Origin: Gammaproteobacteria bacterium UBA6940
Lineage (GTDB): Bacteria; Pseudomonadota; Gammaproteobacteria; Pseudomonadales; UBA6940
Length of the DNA: 64,000 bases
NCBI GenBank assembly: GCA_002450655.1
Contig: DJZY01000057.1
Coordinates: 39,128-103,127 of the forward strand
Direction: 5' to 3'
The translations under genes and the position numbers were made by a program. Shown here in pieces: positions 10,277 to 18,882 of the stretch. Each line of letters opens with the position of its first letter. Position 1 is the first letter of the stretch. A model generated the notes under the pieces. It searched no databases, was not told the origin of the DNA, and saw only the letters and a list, made by a program, of their open reading frames with translations.

Positions 10277-10832
10277 CGTTTACTCCTCCAAGATAAAATC
10301 CTTCTTTTTCCAAGCTAGCATTGTTGAGATGGCATTTTGTAACTTTAGTGTTAGTATTCACTGATAATTATGTATATAACTTAGAAATACCCTCTTTTCA
10401 TTTTCGTTATACCCTCGCTCAACATGGCTTTAATACTTGTTTTTATTCTAAAAATCAGGTTTCACCGACGAATAACATTACAAACTTTATTTTAATCGTT
10501 TTTTTAAAGTGTTTTGGCTATCGAATTGAAGTTACTTAAGTCAATAACTTTGCTACAGAACCAATCTAGCTATTCAGCTAAAGCAGCTTTACTATCAACT
10601 TAAGCAGGAGGCTTAAGCGTTAAGAGGGAAAAATGAACGCGCTTATTCTAATTAGCTTTCGTTTCGGCTGATGAAGTCATTGCATGTTGCACCGAACTAA
10701 GGCAAACAATAATTATAAAAAATTTTTTGAAACTCCGACCTTAAACTCAGGTGAGACGCGTTTAAATCAGTAAGTCATAGATTTAAACCTTTTCCAGTAA
10801 TCCAGAGGTCCTCATTCAGGTAAGGATGTTAC

Positions 10833-11213
10833 ATGCAAACACAGATATCAGAAGCATTGAACAACGTAAAAAAGATATTCGCTGCAAAAAAGGCGCAACT
10901 CTTTCCACAAAAAAAGAAATTTAACGTCACAGCCGAGCAAAAAACTCATTTAAAGCTTGTCAATGCTTTAACGAAAATTACAAAGCTTATAGACACACAA
11001 CCAGAAGTCATGAAATCTTGCGAAAAAGCAAAGTTCCTGGTTGCTAATGCCCCTCTTGGCACTATACCTAATAGTCGAAAAATACTGGAAACAGTTGTTG
11101 AGCAGTTAGAAGCAGTTAAAGACCGTGAACCGCAAATTAGATACCCCCTTGAATATTTAAAACCGCTTATTGAGGAATACTTATCAGCGGGAGGTCATGC
11201 TAAGGCAAGTTAA
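10833..11213 (+). CDS. Hypothetical protein
   Basis: 126-aa ORF with 'aggatg' RBS-like sequence upstream. No recognisable motif. Confidence 0.4.
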   Translation: MQTQISEALNNVKKIFAAKKAQLFPQKKKFNVTAEQKTHLKLVNALTKITKLIDTQPEVMKSCEKAKFLVANAPLGTIPNSRKILETVVEQLEAVKDREPQIRYPLEYLKPLIEEYLSAGGHAKAS

Positions 11214-11222
11214 AAACGCTTT

Positions 11223-11678
11223 TTATTTTACCCAGTCTTTTAAAAGGCCTAAGTCACGAAATTGGCCTTTTTCATCAATTGATAATCGCACATCACTTGG
11301 GACACCACTTAAGTTTTGACCTTTTAAACAGCTGGTGACCATCTGAGCATCATTTTCAGATAAAAAGATCACTTCTTTTAAACGTCCATGCCCTTCTTTA
11401 TTACCTTTAAGCGGTTTATCCCCATAAGTACCGCCCTGCATGTCTATTTTTAGATTAGTAAAGCGCAGAATTGCTGGCACTGTATTCCCACGATTAATAA
11501 TTGTTTCTGGTGACAAATGAGACTGTGCATAGCTGCGCATATAGGTGGCCAAATCAGCATCGAATGACTTAGATGCTGCAAGCTTTTGACGATCTTCTAA
11601 GGGTATACGAGAACTCAAAGCATTTGCTTTTACTGGTTGAGACTTAGAGAGGTATTGACCACTGGCTACGCTTGCCAT
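11223..11678 (-). CDS. Hypothetical protein (possibly the 3' part of a frameshifted gene)
   Basis: 151-aa ORF. Its ATG overlaps the stop of the upstream 66-aa ORF by 13 nt. Confidence 0.4.
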   Translation of the reverse strand: MASVASGQYLSKSQPVKANALSSRIPLEDRQKLAASKSFDADLATYMRSYAQSHLSPETIINRGNTVPAILRFTNLKIDMQGGTYGDKPLKGNKEGHGRLKEVIFLSENDAQMVTSCLKGQNLSGVPSDVRLSIDEKGQFRDLGLLKDWVK

Positions 11679-11866
11679 ACTTCTATAGGCTTCAGCATAT
11701 GGTTTTGCACATTGCCAGTCGCAAAAGACTTTGATAAAAAATAGGTGTCTCCAAAAAAGAGACGACCGCCTTTTTGCACCTTGTCCATTGAAAGTTTGCC
11801 AGAAGTTAATATCTGAGTTGTGTATGTTGTTCCATGAAACTTAGAATAATCAGCTGCTTGTGGCAT
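11666..11866 (-). CDS. Small hypothetical ORF (possibly the 5' part of a frameshifted gene)
   Basis: 66-aa ORF directly upstream of, and overlapping, 11223-11678. Confidence 0.25.
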   Translation of the reverse strand: MPQAADYSKFHGTTYTTQILTSGKLSMDKVQKGGRLFFGDTYFLSKSFATGNVQNHMLKPIEVWQA

Positions 11867-11992
11867 ATAAATAGTCCTAGTTATTTAAAATAATATGCAA
11901 AAAGCCATTATGCATAAAAAGGTAAAATAATTTCAACCCTTTTAAATTCAATATGTTAGGACAATAAAGGCAACTTCTATCGGACGACCCGA

Positions 11993-13039
11993 TTATAAAG
12001 TGACATCAAACACATGCTCAGTTAAGACTTCTTCATCCAAGGTTTCGGTCGCAACACGCCATCGACCCTGTTGATTTGGGAGAAGTGTTTTGTAGGAACT
12101 TGCGCGCCACTGATCACTTTTAACATCTATAGCAACGCGAGACATAAGAAGACCTTGGTAATACCAAGATTGATAGAACATTTCCCCATCAGAGTTTGTT
12201 ATTTCATTAAACCAAAATAAACGCGTAGGCTGATTTTGCTGAATACGAACCTGTTTACCGAATCGGTTAGCTGGCTCCAAATCAACAATATTATAGGTTA
12301 AAGCTGAGCGAGTAATTCGATGGTCTGTTTTCGGTGGCTTTAAATCTGAAAACGGAAATGAGCGCTGGGATAACCCTAAATAAAAAGGTTCGCGAGCATT
12401 AGCATTATTAAGTTGATGAGACTTTTCTGGCGGTACAATTGGCTCACTTTTAAAGTTCAGCTCTGGCATTTTTGATTCTTGCAAAGGCATTGGGTTCATT
12501 GAATCAAAACTTAAGCTCTGACTTTGCGCAACTTGAGGTGCTTGAGACTCTCTTTGCTTCGTCTCCTGCGTTAGTTGAGTGTCTTGAGGCACTGCCAATG
12601 CCAAAGGATTCACACTGATATTCTCTTGTGCAGGCTTTTCAATAATGGCAGGTACTTCTTCTACAATAGAAACACGAGCATCAGCAATCATACGATTTAA
12701 TTCAGCATCAGAAACTGGTTTAGATGGGCTGCTTGAGGCTTTGGATTGAGGTGATAATTTCTTCGATGAACCACTCTCATCAAGTTGCACTGCTTGCGGC
12801 ATGGCAATCTCAAAGGGTTTATCATCGGAAAAGTAACGACTATTTGTGTCATCCCAGAGGAAGCTAAAAACACGATTCATTTTAGAATCCCGAAGGCTTG
12901 AATCATCGTAGTCAGCAACAGCGTAACGTGCAGAAATAACAATAAGGCCAATAAGAAAAGCCACTGCGACGGCCAAAACAATCCCTAAAAACCACCAAAG
13001 TGGATTCATTATCGGCATTTGTTTAAGTAATCGGTTCAT
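11993..13039 (-). CDS. Membrane-anchored protein with a DUF2914-like C-terminal domain
   Basis: 348 aa with an N-terminal TM helix 'WWFLGIVLAVAVAFLIGLIVISA' and a S/P/Q-rich linker. The C-terminus 'LFWFNEI...YQSWYYQG...WRASSYKTL...GRWRVAT...VLTEHVFDV' matches my recollection of DUF2914. Confidence 0.5.
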   Translation of the reverse strand: MNRLLKQMPIMNPLWWFLGIVLAVAVAFLIGLIVISARYAVADYDDSSLRDSKMNRVFSFLWDDTNSRYFSDDKPFEIAMPQAVQLDESGSSKKLSPQSKASSSPSKPVSDAELNRMIADARVSIVEEVPAIIEKPAQENISVNPLALAVPQDTQLTQETKQRESQAPQVAQSQSLSFDSMNPMPLQESKMPELNFKSEPIVPPEKSHQLNNANAREPFYLGLSQRSFPFSDLKPPKTDHRITRSALTYNIVDLEPANRFGKQVRIQQNQPTRLFWFNEITNSDGEMFYQSWYYQGLLMSRVAIDVKSDQWRASSYKTLLPNQQGRWRVATETLDEEVLTEHVFDVTL

Positions 13040-13203
13040 TGAAAGCCAGCTTTTTTTGTCATTGTTAAGCCATATTTAGGCTATTTTATGCCTCCAATAG
13101 TATCGCATCTATACCGATTACACTATTAAACTTATGTAAAGGGTTTGTAGGCGCAGAGCATCAAGAAGATGCTCTCTTTTCAATCACTTAAAAGATATTA
13201 AAT

Positions 13204-13995
13204 TTATTTATCATCAGATGATTGATAAATACTCAAGCTATCTGCTGTACCAACAAACGGCAAGCCACCCTTACCTTGAGCATAGGTGATTAAACCTACA
13301 TAGACTTCATCCCCGTATGCTGGTGCATCACCAGGAAGCTTTGCATGGGCATTATATGCAATCCAGCGATCCTTTAACTCACCTGGTTTAGGGTTAGGTA
13401 CCTGCCAAAATACCCTTAATGTTTTATCTTCCAAACCTTGGATTAGGATATCAGCACGGCCATTCAGTGCTTTATCGACGCCAACATCTGTTACCCAAGA
13501 ATAGCCATTAACAGTGTTCTTTCCTTCAACAGTATTAAAGTGGCTACCACGATGCCCTACTACTACATGAGATGACACACGCTCATCTAAATTTAAACTA
13601 TGCACTTGCAAACCTGCAAATACGTAGGTGCTGTCGCTATGTTCCGGGGTAAGCTTTACATCATCAGGCTTATGTATGCCAATATTTCGCACCACAACTG
13701 TAAATGGGAATCGAACCTTTTTGGCATCTAGCCTGCCTTGAGACTGGTTAAAATGAAGGGTTTTATCATCAGTATTATCTTCAAGGAAAGCTTGATACCG
13801 ACCATCTTTTGCTTCCACCAAAGGCAAGACATCAGGATTATTAACAACATAATCACTTAACGGACCATTTGTTGTGAACTCATCTTGAAAAACAAGGGTG
13901 CCAAAATCTTTTTCAACAGGCGCGCTTGTACCACACGCTGTCAGCCCCATACCAAATAAGACAGAAACCGCTTTACGCTTTATTTTATGCAGCAT
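13204..13995 (-). CDS. Lipoprotein of unknown function (beta-rich, lectin or glucanase-like feel)
   Basis: 263 aa with lipobox 'GMGLTACGTS'. No catalytic motif recognised. Confidence 0.6.
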   Translation of the reverse strand: MLHKIKRKAVSVLFGMGLTACGTSAPVEKDFGTLVFQDEFTTNGPLSDYVVNNPDVLPLVEAKDGRYQAFLEDNTDDKTLHFNQSQGRLDAKKVRFPFTVVVRNIGIHKPDDVKLTPEHSDSTYVFAGLQVHSLNLDERVSSHVVVGHRGSHFNTVEGKNTVNGYSWVTDVGVDKALNGRADILIQGLEDKTLRVFWQVPNPKPGELKDRWIAYNAHAKLPGDAPAYGDEVYVGLITYAQGKGGLPFVGTADSLSIYQSSDDK

Positions 13996-14030
13996 AAATA
14001 ATCCTTTAACTCTTTAAATTAAACATTTTT

Positions 14031-14882
14031 TTATGGTTTAACGAACGATGAAGCAAAAGCAACAAGTTGGTCAGACATGGCTTGTTGAGACTCTGGCTCT
14101 GATAAAATATGCGACATTTCAGGCTTGTATTGAACGGAAACAAGCCCTTTAAAATCAACAGTTGAATGCATTTTAAAAAACTGAGACTTGTGATTATATT
14201 CGCCAGACCAATCCCCTGTATAGACAAAGCTCATACGAACTTGACGAGCTACAAGTGTACGATACCCCGCTTCCACTTCTTCTTTAGGTGGGTAAACCCA
14301 CTCAAAACCACCATCACCTAAATCAATAGCTTCACCGGTGACCATTGGCATGGCTTTGCCGATAAGCTTTTTAAAACGATTAATCCAAGGGCTCAGCCTA
14401 AAGACCTGCTTGACATAGTGAACACAATAATAAGACCAATTTTGAAAACCAAAATGATCAATGCCCATAATGCCAACAACTCGATCATCTTTTACGGCGA
14501 GCTTAAAACTATTCTGAGAACCGGAACACAAACCATACATGACCACTTTTGCAGTGTGCTCAAGCATATAATCAGTAATAACCTGATCAAGAACAGCTTG
14601 GAGCTCTTGTATTGTACGCTCATCATCCGTCATGCTTTCGTTGTCTAGACGAGTGCTTGAGTCACCAAGTTGGCATAAGTCTACGCGCAATGCCAAAAAC
14701 CCTGCTTTCGCTAAAGCTCGTGTAAATTGAACACTTGAACGACATGTACCCACATGGTGAACAAGCCCTGAGTTTGGAATAACCACAAAAGGACGATCTG
14801 GAATAATAGTTTCAGGCTCAACAATGACACCGTGTAATTCAAATTCAGGTCGGTCAACTGTAAAAATACGCTCTTTAATCAT
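14031..14882 (-). CDS. Alpha/beta-hydrolase-fold protein with Cys at the nucleophile elbow ('hydrolase 1'-like)
   Basis: 283 aa. 'VVMYGLCSGSQ' gives G-L-C-S-G where GxSxG is expected. Its start lies 9 nt after the stop of the upstream hydrolase-fold gene. Confidence 0.6.
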   Translation of the reverse strand: MIKERIFTVDRPEFELHGVIVEPETIIPDRPFVVIPNSGLVHHVGTCRSSVQFTRALAKAGFLALRVDLCQLGDSSTRLDNESMTDDERTIQELQAVLDQVITDYMLEHTAKVVMYGLCSGSQNSFKLAVKDDRVVGIMGIDHFGFQNWSYYCVHYVKQVFRLSPWINRFKKLIGKAMPMVTGEAIDLGDGGFEWVYPPKEEVEAGYRTLVARQVRMSFVYTGDWSGEYNHKSQFFKMHSTVDFKGLVSVQYKPEMSHILSEPESQQAMSDQLVAFASSFVKP

Positions 14883-14891
14883 AAATCTGGC

Positions 14892-15731
14892 CTAGTGCTG
14901 AATCAGTCGTGTGAGAGAAGTATTTAAAATATCAGTTGGATTCACAAACCCACCGACAGTATTCACAGTGCCCCACTCACTTTGAGTATCTGCAGGCTGA
15001 GCATGCTCTACCTCGTAAGGTAAGTGTGCTTCCTCTCTGTCCGCAATCCACTTCTTGAATATTGAAGTTTGAGGCGCGCCATAAATCACAACATTGGTAT
15101 GCAATGTTTGTGGGTGGGCTTTTACCTTTGCCAGACCATCATGGAATGATGGGCTAATAGGATAGCCATTAACCCACGTCATACCTGCTTTTTCAAGCCT
15201 TGAGGTAATATGTGGGCCTGATAGCTCATTTAAGTATTGTTGACCATCCAATATGGGATCCCAGCAGATAACATCGGTGAGCTCTTCAAATGATGCAAGT
15301 GCATTAAGTGCAATCAGTGAACCAAGCCGTACAGCAAAGACTTTGACTTGACGTGCTCCAGTGGTTTCAAGAAGCCAACTCATAGCAGCTTTCGCATCTT
15401 CTAGAGCGGAATCAATAGAAAACAGCTGATCAGAACCACCACTGTCACCTGTGCCACGATAATCAAAACGTAAGCTTGGAATCCCTTTTTCCTGCAACTC
15501 CATGGCTAGTCGACGGATACCCCTATGTGAGCGTACATATTCCTGCCCCCACGGGTATAGAAATAAAACAGCATGATCTGCGACAAAGTGTGTTGTTGGC
15601 TCGTGGAATACACCATAACAAGCACAGGCAGACAGCTCAGAAACAGGATAGGACTTATTGACTTCTTGAGGCTCAAAAGTCGATTCTTGCTGTTCGATCT
15701 GGAAGAAAAAGGGTTTCATAGAAGCTCGCAA
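14892..15731 (-). CDS. Alpha/beta-hydrolase-fold protein with a degenerate nucleophile elbow ('hydrolase 2'-like)
   Basis: 279 aa. 'LRFDYRGTGDSGG' is a typical alpha/beta-hydrolase segment. The expected elbow reads 'KVFAVRLGSLIA' and has no GxSxG. Confidence 0.55.
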   Translation of the reverse strand: MRASMKPFFFQIEQQESTFEPQEVNKSYPVSELSACACYGVFHEPTTHFVADHAVLFLYPWGQEYVRSHRGIRRLAMELQEKGIPSLRFDYRGTGDSGGSDQLFSIDSALEDAKAAMSWLLETTGARQVKVFAVRLGSLIALNALASFEELTDVICWDPILDGQQYLNELSGPHITSRLEKAGMTWVNGYPISPSFHDGLAKVKAHPQTLHTNVVIYGAPQTSIFKKWIADREEAHLPYEVEHAQPADTQSEWGTVNTVGGFVNPTDILNTSLTRLIQH

Positions 15732-15848
15732 ATCTGGTTAATCTATTCGCTCGAGATTATACCAGATCATGGTTTACTAGATAACTATAAGGATTACAAG
15801 AAGGCAGGACTACCATAGGATTGTGCAAATTACATGCGGCTCAAAAAG

Positions 15849-17345
15849 TTAAAATTCGAAGCGCTTTAATAGACGTGACACTTGTTCAGCTTTTGGAAAT
15901 GGTTCAGCAAAAAGAGGATTGCGCATCTCAGATCTTAATCTAAGGGTCCAATAAGGGCTTGCATCTTCATGCCATATCACCTTCACATTCTTTTGCTTAA
16001 ACATAGCTTTAACCCCTTTCATAAAGGCAAACATATCAGGCCAGTCCGCCCCCATTTCAGCCAAAGCTAAAAAGAGTTGCTGTGCAACGCGGTTTGCATC
16101 CTGTAAATCAGAGCATAAGGTAAAGGAGGTTTGCAATTGTTTGACTTGAGAGACTTTAAAGTTATTACGGTCTTCAGGAACCTCAAAATACTCCAACCAG
16201 CGAAGCTTTAAATGACTTTGCAAATACATCATCATTTCATGAGAAATAGCAACCTGACCTACAGCAATCTGGCCTGGCATCGTAATCAATAAGCGCTGTT
16301 GCGAAGTCATACGACCAATGGCAGGATAATCAATCTGGCCACTTGCATAAAACTCATTAAAGACAGAAAACATATCGTCAAGTTTATGTTCAGTGAGAAG
16401 CAACAGCCCCTGACCGATAAAAAACGCTCGTGTTCCAAGTGTAATAGCAAGTTTGCCCTTTGAACTAAGAGCAGCAAAGCCCATTTTAAAACAAGTGTTT
16501 ATTAAAGCCCGAATTGGCAGCGCCTTAATTTTAAATTCAGAGCGCCTCTCGCCAAGCATAGCTCCCAAACCATGAGCCTCACCCCACTCAACGACACGCA
16601 ATAATAATAAATGAACTTGAATAAAATACCCGTCAGCCAAGTAGTCTTGCGCACCTTCTAGCTGACCAAGCTCTTGAAGTTCAACACATAATATTTTAAA
16701 GGCCGATCGTCCCGGATCAGAGTCCGGCATAGCTTTGACACTTTCAAACAGTGTCTGGAGGTGGACAAAACGCTGCAAAGCATTGCGATATGGCTCTTCA
16801 AGCGTGAAATTAGTACCTGTATCAAAGCCTAAAATTTTAATGAGCTTGGTGTCAGGTAAATATTGAAGTTTAGAAGCAAGCATAACTTCTCGCGCCTGCA
16901 AAAAACGATTAAATGAAGCTTCAACATCTTCGGGATGTTCAAGTAAAGCCTCTGCATTTTGCTGATTCATTGCAGACTCAATAGCGGCAAGTTCATTTTG
17001 CGTTCGCCTCGCCAATGCATGGAGCTTATGTTGGTGTGCTGGAGGTAATTCAGCTAAATCAACCGTTTGTTCACAACGACGCAATAAATCAAGAACACCA
17101 AACAGGTAATCTTGTTTATGGGTTTTTAGATCAAAAAGCTCTTCAGGTGACTCTTTAAGATCCTGCGCGGAGAGATAGAGTTTTTGTGCTGCAAACCAAA
17201 AGGCCGCCGCTTTACCAAGTGCAGGTGAATATTGTTCAGAATCAATACCTAAGCGATGCGCTAAAAGTGCAGGTGCTTGCTTGACAGCTTCCATAAAGAA
17301 GCTTTTAGCGATCGCTGTAACCTTACTCTTTGATTCTTCGCTCAA
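15849..17345 (-). CDS. Hypothetical protein (cytoplasmic, helical)
   Basis: 498-aa uninterrupted ORF, co-directional with its neighbours. No recognisable domain. Confidence 0.6.
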   Translation of the reverse strand: MSEESKSKVTAIAKSFFMEAVKQAPALLAHRLGIDSEQYSPALGKAAAFWFAAQKLYLSAQDLKESPEELFDLKTHKQDYLFGVLDLLRRCEQTVDLAELPPAHQHKLHALARRTQNELAAIESAMNQQNAEALLEHPEDVEASFNRFLQAREVMLASKLQYLPDTKLIKILGFDTGTNFTLEEPYRNALQRFVHLQTLFESVKAMPDSDPGRSAFKILCVELQELGQLEGAQDYLADGYFIQVHLLLLRVVEWGEAHGLGAMLGERRSEFKIKALPIRALINTCFKMGFAALSSKGKLAITLGTRAFFIGQGLLLLTEHKLDDMFSVFNEFYASGQIDYPAIGRMTSQQRLLITMPGQIAVGQVAISHEMMMYLQSHLKLRWLEYFEVPEDRNNFKVSQVKQLQTSFTLCSDLQDANRVAQQLFLALAEMGADWPDMFAFMKGVKAMFKQKNVKVIWHEDASPYWTLRLRSEMRNPLFAEPFPKAEQVSRLLKRFEF

Positions 17346-17423
17346 ACCTGCTCACCTTGTATATATAAATCTCTTCGTTGGGTATATTATAGTGAATATC
17401 AAAAGCTTAAATGTAACAAGAGT

Positions 17424-18854
17424 TTACATCTGATTCTTTTTTGCATCCGACCTTAGAAACTGATTATTCAAGACAAGTGTGTGATGAGAAATAATATCCC
17501 AGGGCTGTCTTAAAGCAATAACACGCTCTTGAAGGTTTGCCTGATCTAGAGTTCCCGAGAAGTATAAATTTGTATTAAAAGTAAAATACTGACCTATGAC
17601 CATACCACGGATTGAATAACCCACATTTGGCCCCTGCCCTGGGTACCGCTCTGGCTCGACTTTTTTTTCACTATCGTCATCATAGACGAGTGCAATTGGC
17701 ACATTAAAGTCTTCATCGAAATCAACAAAAGTAAGAAGGTCAAATCCTTTCTGAGTGGAAAACCAAATCCATGCATCTTGTCCAGATACTTCCTTATCAG
17801 CAAAGGCCTTTTCATGTTCGTCCATTGAACCATTGACAACTAAGGGCTCGTCAGGCCCCCAAGATGTCTGTATTTTACTTCCCCACAAGTTATAGCCATC
17901 AAGTGACACATTCACTCGAGGGGTTTTCACAATCATTTTCGCAATTGGTGGGATTTTAAAACGAGTCATCATTTCAACATGACTTTGATAAAAGTGCACC
18001 ATAATTTGCATATCAAGCACTTTAGCACCTGCAATTTTGACTTTAGTTTTAGCGAACATTGAGTCAAACACAGGGCCATGCTGCACATCAACAATTTGTG
18101 TCTCTAAATTCGAATTATCTAGCTGTATTCGTGCAGACTCACTGAACAAGCCAGCATCAATCATAATTTTAAGTGAATCTAAAAGTGACTTTCCATCTGG
18201 TTTGCCATTTTTAAAATTAACCCCTTTAAAATAGAAGTCTGTCCAGATTAAAGAGTTTTCATCATCTAATTTCAAAGAATAATAGTCTGAATAAGCGCGC
18301 TTTTCATGCTCAGAAAAATGCCCTGCCTCATCGTAAGAAGCAGCTTCAAGAGGCAGCCCGGAACTGACAAGAGCACAGACATAGCGCCTTCGTTCACTGG
18401 ACATATCGCCATGACGAGGATCAACCTGAATTTCAACTAGCTTATGTTGCCTATGTTGACCATTATAATATTGTACGGCGGCGTCTCGACAAGATTCATT
18501 GCCAAGGTGTTCATACATAAAAGACACTCGATCATACTCATCAAGCCGCTCTAAATGTCCTGACATTGGTATTTTTTTATAAGCAGGTGTGTAAACTGTC
18601 CACTCATCTGTCATTTGCGACCACTGAAACGGCACATTAGAAAGCTGTAAATCGCCAGACTCATTTCTATTAGCTTTAACAAATTGAATATTTTTAATGT
18701 CTTCGCCAAATAAATCACTAAAACTATTGGCAGAGATACGAACAGGCACTTGCGCTTGTGGTAATGGTTGAAAGGTTGTATTTTGAGCTGCATAAATTGG
18801 AGAAATAAAAGAACAGATAAGCAACCCTGCAATGAGAAACAGTCCTTGTTTCAT
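17424..18854 (-). CDS. Secreted protein of unknown function
   Basis: 476 aa with a type I signal peptide 'MKQGLFLIAGLLICSFISPIYA|AQ'. Beta-rich. Confidence 0.6.
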   Translation of the reverse strand: MKQGLFLIAGLLICSFISPIYAAQNTTFQPLPQAQVPVRISANSFSDLFGEDIKNIQFVKANRNESGDLQLSNVPFQWSQMTDEWTVYTPAYKKIPMSGHLERLDEYDRVSFMYEHLGNESCRDAAVQYYNGQHRQHKLVEIQVDPRHGDMSSERRRYVCALVSSGLPLEAASYDEAGHFSEHEKRAYSDYYSLKLDDENSLIWTDFYFKGVNFKNGKPDGKSLLDSLKIMIDAGLFSESARIQLDNSNLETQIVDVQHGPVFDSMFAKTKVKIAGAKVLDMQIMVHFYQSHVEMMTRFKIPPIAKMIVKTPRVNVSLDGYNLWGSKIQTSWGPDEPLVVNGSMDEHEKAFADKEVSGQDAWIWFSTQKGFDLLTFVDFDEDFNVPIALVYDDDSEKKVEPERYPGQGPNVGYSIRGMVIGQYFTFNTNLYFSGTLDQANLQERVIALRQPWDIISHHTLVLNNQFLRSDAKKNQM

Positions 18855-18882
18855 GGATACATATACCCTTTTTTATTTTTAA

